Shown piece after piece: positions 54,452-64,000 of a stretch of 64,000 nt of DNA. A model generated the notes under the pieces. The model was given only the letters and a program-made list of their open reading frames with translations, was not told the DNA's origin and made no database searches. Origin of the DNA: Paraphysomonas bandaiensis (lineage: Eukaryota > Protista > Chrysophyceae); assembly GCA_965644295.1 (NCBI GenBank), contig CBFFRP010000298.1, positions 310,001 to 374,000 of the forward strand, written 5' to 3'. Position 1 is the stretch's first letter. Every line of letters starts with the position of its first letter. Made by a program: the position numbers and the translations under genes.

Positions 54452-55572
54452 TCAAGCCTCAACGGTGGTTACCGAGTCAATTGTTCTCAAAGTAATGTAT
54501 TTTTCAGCGCCGCTCAAACTATCAACATCATAGGAGTCGTCATCATTGGACAACTTTGCAGAGATTTCACGTTCAAGTTCTTCCAGTTTTAATAGTTTGC
54601 GCCTGAAGTGTTTCCTCCTCCATGGCATCGTATAGTACACGAATTTTCCCATCATTTCTTTGGCCCGGACATCCTCGTGTATTTCCTGAAGCTTTAGCTT
54701 CTTGAGCGCAGCCTCCTCTTTAGTTCTATCCCTTTGTTTAAGAATGCGCGCCTCCTCTGAAAGAATTATCTTACGATTTTCCCACCACTTTTCCCCCAGA
54801 CCTACTCTCTGGAGACATATTTGTAAGCGGAATACAGGGTACATAATATGTGGATAACGACGATGCAGTATGGCAACTTCTCGGAACCCGATACGGCCGT
54901 CCACGGTGGGCAGCTTAGCTATTTCAGCAAACCCAAGTACCGCATTGCTTTTGAGCTATAATATCAAAAATTATGGTTGACAGTTGTCGATACCATTATG
55001 TAATATAGTATATAAGTATCCTACCTCGCCATCATGAAGTGAGTACAGACATGACTTTAACTCCCTCGCATCGATGGTGCCAGTTTTTTTCTTGTCAAGG
55101 ATATAAAATAGAACTGCACAAGTGACATGAGAGATGACAATAAGTATTTTACACATACTTACATCGCAACATATCATACTTTTCAAAGAGGCAAAATATG
55201 CAAATGTACTCCATAAATTCTCCAAAAGATATATGATTATGGTTGTCAGCCTCTGTCAATAACAAACACGTCTTATAACCGTATCATCACGTCCTGACGG
55301 AATATACTAACCAATAAATTCCAACATAGCGTCTGAAAAAAAGTTCCTCTGATGCTTTACAATCTTTGCATAAAAGTCGTTTAGTGAGATGAGCCCAAGA
55401 CCTTCACGATCTTCGGCCGCGAATATCAACCACATTTTCGTGATATCATCATAAGATACTATATAGAGATCAATATATGAATGCATGAAACGAATATATA
55501 CATACAATGGAGTTTTTTTTTAACTTTATCGACTCGTGCATCTTTCGTTGTAGGGGACACAGCGTTACCCAT
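54452..55572 (-). CDS. EF-hand protein paralog 2, 5 exons
   Basis: MGNAVSPTTKDARV..., DREGLGLISLND, ILDKKKTGTIDARE, DGRIGFRE; same intron positions as paralog 1. Confidence 0.8.
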
Positions 55573-56077
55573 ATAATCCACGTAGAATAGATAACTAGCC
55601 TTCTACTATGTCAATTCCACAGCTACAAGCTAGTCAACACTCCACTGGGATAGAGTTATTACCATTCTGGAGGTGAAGTTGTGGCAAAGAGTTTCTATTT
55701 CAGATATGACCAAAATATGGTGATTGTTTATGTCCCAAATACACAAATACATACAGTCCATATATACTGGTACTGCTGTACAGCTATTGGTATGTAGGTA
55801 TATGGGTATATAGGTACACATACGACGATCCAAGTAGCAATGCAATTACACCATTCACCAACACCGTACATAGGAATACTGTCCTATACTCTAGAGAATA
55901 CATTCATCTGTCTCAGTCTACTATACCGAATGAAATACAAATAAGTGAATTTCATTGGCCAGTACTAGTGGGACAAACAGATGGCATCCCATAACTGGAC
56001 TAGCTTGGGGAAAATGCTTCATGCACCACAGAAAGTAATATTGAATGTGTGGTAACTTTCACTAAAGTTAAAGAAGT

Positions 56078-57189
56078 ATGGGAAATAATGCGCTGCCTGC
56101 AGTTGCAGATGCTAGAGTGAAAGCAGCTGTCAAGAAGGTCCATTGTAAGCACATCCAACGGGTGATGATAATAGTCCTCTAACGTGTCATACAGTATCGA
56201 ATTACGAGCTATCTAAGTTCTGGTTAACATTTTCGAAGTTTGACCGGGAAGGTATTGGCTTAATTTCGGTCAAAGATTTCCACCTTCACATCTTGAAAGA
56301 GCCTCAGAGTTTCGTCTCAGATGCCATGCTTGAATTTATAGGTACGTAGCTAGCCCCAAATATAACTACTTAACTAACTATACGTCATAGAAACAAGCTC
56401 CATCACAAACATTACATTCGGAGAATTTGTCCAAGTTATATGCCTTTTCTCCCTATTTGACAAATACGATATGCTCCGATGTAAGTATATAACAACAACT
56501 ATGGAAAATTGAGTAGCCTAATATTGTTATCATTCAGTCTATTTTCGTATTCTTGACAAGCAAAATATTGGAACTCTGGAGCCAATGCAGTTCAAGGCAT
56601 CTATCGATGAGTTACACGGAGGAATGGTAAGACATAGGTAATGCATCAAACATAACGCTTAAGTTTTATGTTGTAGCTCAAAAGCAATGCGGAACTTGGG
56701 TTTGCTGAAGTAGCTAAGTTGCCTACCGTGGACGGCCGTATCGGGTTCCGAGAAGTTGCCATACTTCATCGTCGTTATCCGCATATTATGTACCCTGTAT
56801 TCCGCTTACAAATATGTCTCCAGAGAGTAAGTCTGGGGGAAAAGTGGTGGGAAAACCGTATGATTATTCTTTCAGAGGAAGCACGCATTCTTAGAAAGCG
56901 GGAACAGAAAAAACTTACGTTAAAGCAGAACAAAGTTTTTCCGGAAAATGATTATAAGGCTCGTATGGACGAAAGAGTAAAAGAGATTATGGGATGGTGG
57001 AACTATAACCTGAAACCATGGAAAAGAAAAAGAACAGAAAGACTAGTAAATAGAATGAATGGGACTGAGAGAGTGCAATGTTATATGAACGAAGAGCTTA
57101 ACGATGATATATTTGAAGACGAGTATTATGACGACGGTGCTTCCGTATCTAGTGCTGATAAGCATCTGGTACTGAGCATTAGGCGTTAA
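56078..57189 (+). CDS. EF-hand protein paralog 3, 5 exons
   Basis: MGNNALPAVADARV..., DREGIGLISVKD, ILDKQNIGTLEP, DGRIGFRE; same intron positions. Confidence 0.8.
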
Positions 57190-58608
57190 AGCTAATACAT
57201 TTGTTTACTTTAAAGTTTAAAATAATTAAAAAATATGCTTGACTGTTATGTTATTGTGGACGTTGAATGATTTCTAAGTCGTATGTACTTGTCGAATTAG
57301 CTCTACTACCTGAATATTACTTATTGAGGAATTTCTAAAGAATGGTAAGTAGTGTAAAATTCGATATCCAATATTATTAATCGAAGTCAAATATGCAGAA
57401 AACGCCCTATATATCTAAACGTCGATGGAACAATGACCACATAGTTATTGTTAGGGTAAAATGTAATAAATAGTTCTACACTTTTAACACTCCTACAACA
57501 CATGAACGTATTGGTATAACTCAATTGCAATCCCAGCAGGTAAGATAAGGTAACAGTTATAACCTCATTGTACTTTTATATAAAGCGACGAGAAACCATT
57601 AGCCATGTCACAAGCTTTGCAGTTTCATTCACACCTGTCGTCCATATTTATATACACTACACAGGCAGATAGTTCACATAATGCCATATAACAAGCTCTA
57701 TAAAACTATATTGTTTAACACATTACTCTATTCATATCTTCATGCGTCACTTTGCTGTAAAATATCCTACTTTCCTTGACCAGTGTATTCATCATGAAAG
57801 ACATATAGCTAATAACTTCAATGCATCGGAGAATAACTTCCATCTACATCTCAGGTAATATAATATGGTGATATATGAAGTTGGAACAGCTATATATCAG
57901 TCACTATAGATGACGTGGTGGTTTGGATAGTGTAGTGTTCCATATATATCCATATCTAGATACATACACCATATACAGTATATGGGCCAGGCCATATACA
58001 GAGTATAATGGATACAGAGCTCAAAGTATCTTCGATATCTGATGCAGTATGAGGGCTGTGAGGAAGGTGTGATCTACTACCCTCCACTATATAACCATAC
58101 AATAACATACACACCACTCCGAACTCCAAACATTCAGGATCAGTGGATGATAACCAAAGCAACGCAAACCACAATACTATGAATAATAAGCAATATATGC
58201 AGTGTACATCATCCAGCTAGATGGCTGTGATGGGGGAGTATTGCTATGTGCGTGCTGCTGTATGCTGGAATACACACACTCATATCATGTACACAGTGCA
58301 CATAATCAGAGGAGTTTTTGGAACTAAAAACTGAGGAAATCGCTCAGATAGGGTGACAGTATTTAATAAAAATCCTATTTTTTAGGTACAAATATCTTAT
58401 TATTTTGAATATCTACAGCAGTATATATAGCAGTATACATACTCTTGTATATGGAAAGTATGTACATCACATATGCATATATATGTACTGCTGTATACTG
58501 CTACTGTGTGTATGTATATGTGCATGGCTTATATATACATCTACAGCACTCATACTAACTACCACACCATAGCAGTCGACTCACATACACCATCCCATTC
58601 ATCTTATC

Positions 58609-61600
58609 ATGAAACGAGCAAGAAATGATGATGAATCTCAAGCAGAGATGAAGGATCCACCTTCACAAAGGCTGCGTACAAGTTCAGTAACTCAAACTAC
58701 TCGACGGAAGTGTCCCTATCTAGACACTGTCAATAGGCAGCTACTTGATTTCGATATGGAGAAATTATGTAGCGTAACATTGACGAATATGAATGTATAT
58801 GCGTGTTTAGTATGTGGGAAGTTCTTTCAAGGGCGTGGTCAGAGCACTCCAGGTGCATATGAGTATAGACAGATAGACATGCGTACATATATATATACAT
58901 GCGAGATAGATACATACATGCATATATATATATATACTCGAAGATATGTGCATATATAGAATGCATTACTTCAGTTCATGTGTGTTTGCAGCCTATACTC
59001 ATAGCGTGCACTGTGGGCATTTTGTCTTCATTAACCTCCACACAACCAAAGCCTACTGTTTACCGGATAATTATGAGGTACTTATAGCTCGCATTCTCTG
59101 TCATCTCATGATGTGGCATGGATTAGATTATAGACTCGTCATTGGATGACGTGAAGAGATGCTTGGATCCGCACTATTCTCTGCAAGAGATTCGAACTCT
59201 CTCGCAGGTATGAAAAGAAAAGAAGCTATTGTAAACGCAGCATTTAGTGGGCATTGCGTATCACATGACGAAAGATTCTACTTATTTTGTTGTATTATGT
59301 AAAATTATCTATCTTTGTATGATGCAGAGCTCCACGCTTGCCAGAGACGTTCATGGCGTAGCTTATCTACCCGGATTTGTTGGGCTAAACAACCTTTCTA
59401 AAACAGACTACGTGAACGTTACACTGAATGCTCTTGCCCATATATCTCCATTGAGAAATTTTTTTCTGGACCCATCTAACTATAGCACATCGAAATGTCC
59501 CGTTGTTCATAAGTTTGGAGAGGTGATTTCTGCAATATAGCGTGGTCGATACATTCTTAAGATCAATAAATTATTGTCCATATGTAGGTTATGCGGAAGA
59601 TATGGTCAAAGCATAACTTCAAAAGTGTAGTTTCGCCTCAGGAATTCTTGCAGGTATGAATGTGCTTCTAACAGGGTTTTACACCCATGTCATTACCGTA
59701 AGCCATTGCGACCCATTGTTCTCATTATATATGTAGGTCGTGTCAACAGAGAGTAAGAAAAGGTTCAGTATTGGCACTCAATGTGAAGCCATCGAGTTCT
59801 TGGCTTGGTTACTAAACAAGCTGCACATGTAAACATCATAACCCTACCCGCTTTTACTAATTGAATTCGCTGTTACATTTGCACTTTTATCACGCTACGG
59901 TGTTATGTGTATGCGTTTTGACGATGTCGCAGAGGCCTGGGTGGAACAAGGAAGCGCAACAGTTCAATAGTTTACAGTTGTTTTCAGGTATACATCACAT
60001 GTGTTATGCATTGAACCTTGGGTTACTTCTGTTGAGGTCTGTGGCTAGCTGTATTCTATATATTGAAATTCTTGTATGCGATTAAGAAGCTGTATATACG
60101 TATTTGTGGTGGTGGCATATAGTTCCTAGCATTCTTGTATATTGTAACTATTACTCAGGGCATTGTTGAGATGACCACTCTGACACGCCGAAAGGTTATT
60201 ATAAATCAATCAGAAGAGTCTACTGATGACCCAATGACTGAGAATGGATCTGAGAGAACTATATTTGAAGATGAAGAAACTGGCGTCCGTATGGAAGAAA
60301 AATGGGAACGAGACACCAAAAGTAATTCGTTTTTATACCTGACGCTTGATATACCTCCAACGCCATTATTCAAGGTATATATTACAATTATGAGAACTGA
60401 AAGATCTATCGCAGTAGTATGGTTATACTTAAATGTTCATTTTTGTAGAAATATGTCTTACACCACTCTTTCATATAACGGAATGTATTAGGATTCTCAA
60501 GGCGGGCTTATCATACCACAGATACCACTCTTCGAGGTACACGTTTTTCATATGTATAACGTGTCTGTATTTATGTTGCAAACGGAATGATTTTGCGTAG
60601 GTATTAAAGAAAATTGATGGGGAGACATGGACGGATGGAATCAGCAGCAGCACTGGTGGTCTCATGAGAAAGCAGTACAGCATTAAATCCCTACCCCGGT
60701 ATGTTTGAGTTGTACATTGTGTATGTAGCGCACGTTGTATTGTATAGTAAAATGTTGTGTTACTGCCGTTTAGCGTATACTATACAGTGGTATGGTTGAT
60801 GTAATTGATGTAGGACAAAATCTATATTCATAGTGTATTACAAAATCAATATTGTATTAACTCTATTTTTTACCTATTGCAGGTTTCTCATTCTACATTT
60901 AAATCGTTTCACTAAGAATAATTTTTATATCGAGAAAAACCCTACTATTGTCACATTTCCAGGTCGATAATGTAGTCACCATTGTAATTTATGTGCATAA
61001 TTTATACAGACGTATGTATATATACGTTTCTAATTATGTATACAGTCAAGAATTTAGAGATGAAGAACTATTTACACGGTAATGAATCCATGGCTGCTGA
61101 AGAAGCTGCGAAACGAAGAGATACTGTTGACATTACTCCTGATGCCGTTGAAGGTCTGCGTATAATACACTCTTAACTTTGTTGAGTCATTGTTTATGCA
61201 ACAGGGATGTCAGTAAAGGCTCTGAAGGAAGTCATACGGGCACATGGAAATCGGACCGAAGTCAAGGCCTCGTTGACTGTCGTCGAGAAGCCGCAATTGA
61301 AAGATATCGCCAGGTACAGCAAAATCGATATACAGATGTATCCGTAAATGTCTTTGTGCATATATGCCATCTTCTGTTATAAATTCATGTACATATCTGC
61401 AGGACTTGTCTCGTCCGTCGACACCACTCCATTCTTGAAAATGAATCGGAGGATAGCCTTACTGCTGACACGTTGCTGTCCACGAAGTATGATCTAGTTG
61501 CTAATATATGCCATGACTCCGCAGTGTCACAGGTAGATATTCCTGTCAAGATTACATGTATAAACCTATCGATATGAAATCATGTGTGGTTGGGTATTTC

Positions 61601-62131
61601 ATAAATGAATTTAACGTTGTGTATATAGGGCGTGACGATTGTGTCTGATAGCAAACTTCCAGTCCGAAATAATAATGCCAGCGGGGGATCTTCTGCCGGA
61701 ACGTCTAGTAGCAGATCTTTAACTGGAGGTCTAAACGTTCTAGAGGCCGGAAGTTACAGAGCTCACGTACAGAATAAGGTACCCTCTACGGTCTATGATG
61801 TGGTTTTCTGTGTTGAGTATGTCTTGATAAGAAGGTTACATTGTTATTGTGTGTTGTTTGTACAGTGTAGTTTATGTATTGACAGTATGATTGACTTTTG
61901 GGTTTTGTTCAGGGAACTGGTCAGTGGTTTGAACTTCAGGATCTTCATGTAATGGAAACAATGCCTCAGCTCATAGGTATAAACGATTAGTATGGACGCA
62001 AAATGTGCCTGACTACTTTACATCGGTTTGTGCTAGGATTGTCGGAGTCTTATATGCTCATATATGAGAAAAAGCCCACAACTGCGGCGGTAATATCATC
62101 AGCAGCAGAAGCCTCGGAGGAACATGCATAA
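58609..62131 (+). CDS. USP39: U4/U6.U5 tri-snRNP-associated protein 2 (USP39/Sad1), about 15 exons
   Basis: CPYLDTVNRQLLDFDMEKLCSVTL, YACLVCGKFFQGRG (ZnF-UBP), GFVGLNNLSKTDYVN (catalytic Cys replaced by Asp as in USP39), EKNPTIVTFP, YDLVANICHD, WFELQDLHV. Confidence 0.95.
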
Positions 62132-62541
62132 CGCTTCTGTCGTATATATGCCTACGATGTGTGGGCGAGTCCAAATCTAGATCATTAGGTAGGTATTTAC
62201 CGGCATGTGAAGAATGCAGTGTGACATCTGAGGTGTTGGTTTTTAGGATACGAAATTGTTAATTAAAGCAAAAAGCAATTCATTTTGTGAGAAAGTGTTG
62301 TGTCGATTTTAAACTACATTTTGGGAAGTATGTAAATGATATCGAGTGTTGTCAAGAACCACACTTACAAAACTGAGATAGTAGTATATTCCACATCATA
62401 GTATTCCGTACACAACCTTCACTGTAACGAATAGTATGAAGAATCTATCTTGATTTACTCTGACTGCCTACTATGGTTTTAAATTTCCTTACTCAGTGTT
62501 AAAATTGTACCATTACCATAACATATGAAGACACAGTGCCA

Positions 62542-63981
62542 TTAAAACATCTTAATTATAGCTTCAACTTCACTTTTTAAATCGGAAGACATGTCCTTCA
62601 TTAAGTTTTGAAATTTCTCAAAAAACAAGTGCCACTGATTTTCCTTCAAACTTTTTCTCAAACTACTGTCATCATCGTAACACGTTTCGATACGACAAAG
62701 AATGAAGAACTGAAGCGTACGTAGATGTTCAAGAGCAGATATCATAAGATTATCACAATAGTACTCCTCCGCGACTGTGAGAGCATTTAGGGCATTACCT
62801 TGCTCCTGCAGTATATAATCATCCAGAACACCGGACTCATCAACAGAACATCCTCGCAATGCTCTTGAATTCAACTGTAATAATGACGATATTATAGCGT
62901 TCTCACAAAATACTTTGCACCCTTTCACACCCAACATGTTCGCGCACTCCAAAAGATCCACCACACTGTCACCGGTCGCATATAGTTCGCCGGAAGGCAC
63001 ATCATGCATATACATCCACTGAACAAGCATTTTCAAAGCCGTCGGTTTAGCTTCCACAACAATTTTATTGGAACCGGAACTACTTGATTCAGACGAACCA
63101 TTGGCATAACTCTCGGCCCACCCCCCGTCGAAGAGAGATCGAAAATACGAGCTATGCGCAGCTAAAACTATGCGATGTGCTGGGATGGATTCGATACGAT
63201 TGCTCCCACATGAGTCTAGAACTGTATATTGAGAATAAAGAACCACATCCGCATATCTCATGTCAGGATAAAGCGATGAGCAGTACTGACTCAATGCGGA
63301 ATCGGCTTCATCCCCGCCACAATTAAACTGCAGTGTGCGTTTAAAAAGAGACCCAGATGGAGTACTGAACACCTTTAATATCCAAGAGTCGCTGTGGTAT
63401 TTAGAGGGGAAAACACCTCCACCCATAACAAAAATATATCCACCTTTGAATGATGTAATGCATGAACCATTTCGAGCACTTGGGATAGGCGACCGTGCAC
63501 TTGCTTCGTTCTGAGAGCACCTCACTCCTCTGATACATGTGTGTTGTTGTTTACCATTGACATCGTTAGTGTTGTCCGAAAATTCAAAAGTAAAAACAAG
63601 CAATTCATCCAGATTCTCAGACAGTACTGAAGTTCCACCCCAAATTACCATAGAATTCGAACCCAGACGAGTACTACCTGCACAAAACCTAGGGCGAATG
63701 GCATGATCAGAAGGGTTATCCCACTCTACAAATTCAGTAAGATTAGATACATGTAAAGTGTCCATATGAAAGCAAAAAAGATCGGACGAAATGGTGGTTT
63801 GATACTGCATTGATGAAAAATCAATGTAAGTTCCCCCGAATATATACAAATTCGAATCAATTGCAGTGTAAGCAAACAGGGACAATTGCGTAGGAATTCC
63901 TCGTATGTGCTTCACACTCCACTCCATACTGAGCGTGCTTTCCTCATCTTCACATGATTTCAACGTAGAAATGTCCAACAT
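62542..63981 (-). CDS. Kelch-repeat plus BTB/POZ protein (5' part probably beyond the window)
   Basis: Kelch motifs LYIFGG, MVIWGG, IFVMGGG; BTB motifs YADVVL, IPAHRIVLAAHSSYFRSLF, LVQWMY. Confidence 0.9.
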   Translation of the reverse strand: MLDISTLKSCEDEESTLSMEWSVKHIRGIPTQLSLFAYTAIDSNLYIFGGTYIDFSSMQYQTTISSDLFCFHMDTLHVSNLTEFVEWDNPSDHAIRPRFCAGSTRLGSNSMVIWGGTSVLSENLDELLVFTFEFSDNTNDVNGKQQHTCIRGVRCSQNEASARSPIPSARNGSCITSFKGGYIFVMGGGVFPSKYHSDSWILKVFSTPSGSLFKRTLQFNCGGDEADSALSQYCSSLYPDMRYADVVLYSQYTVLDSCGSNRIESIPAHRIVLAAHSSYFRSLFDGGWAESYANGSSESSSSGSNKIVVEAKPTALKMLVQWMYMHDVPSGELYATGDSVVDLLECANMLGVKGCKVFCENAIISSLLQLNSRALRGCSVDESGVLDDYILQEQGNALNALTVAEEYYCDNLMISALEHLRTLQFFILCRIETCYDDDSSLRKSLKENQWHLFFEKFQNLMKDMSSDLKSEVEAIIKMF

Positions 63982-64000
63982 AAATACAGACTGACAATCT

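Overview
Eukaryotic nuclear DNA, gene-dense and AT-rich, with many short (mostly 40-160 nt) GT-AG introns. It is most likely from a stramenopile/ochrophyte alga, inferred from the H3 '[12 protein letters not shown]' variant and a 'LYGLQGM'-repeat protein. About 22 host genes are recognisable: HtrA protease, ER DnaJ, an SGNH/NXPE-like secreted protein, two cyclophilins, DTD, an SDR-like protein, XRCC3, an FGase-like protein, a MED18-like protein, DPM2, two sulfotransferase-like genes, a TBC/TLDc protein, a RAP/OPR-like repeat protein, three EF-hand paralogs, USP39 and a Kelch-BTB protein. The most structured part is 25.5-44 kb. Two near-identical divergent H3-H4 modules form a ~1.5-kb inverted repeat, each histone gene carries a metazoan-type 3' stem-loop, and H4 starts Ala rather than Ser. 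The repeat encloses a very recent Ty1/copia element, a TLDc gene and a fold-back element with partial DIRS-like topology. The copia element has identical LTRs, apparently non-canonical termini, a gag ATG overlapping the PBS and an extra post-integrase domain. An older solo LTR of the same family lies on the other side of the same histone pair, suggesting possible histone-locus targeting. Several hAT-type MITEs with 8-bp TSDs, two long (TACA)n arrays in head-to-head intergenic regions and an exon-limited gene-conversion tract between EF-hand paralogs are also visible. All alignments and exon boundaries were read by eye; no searches were run.
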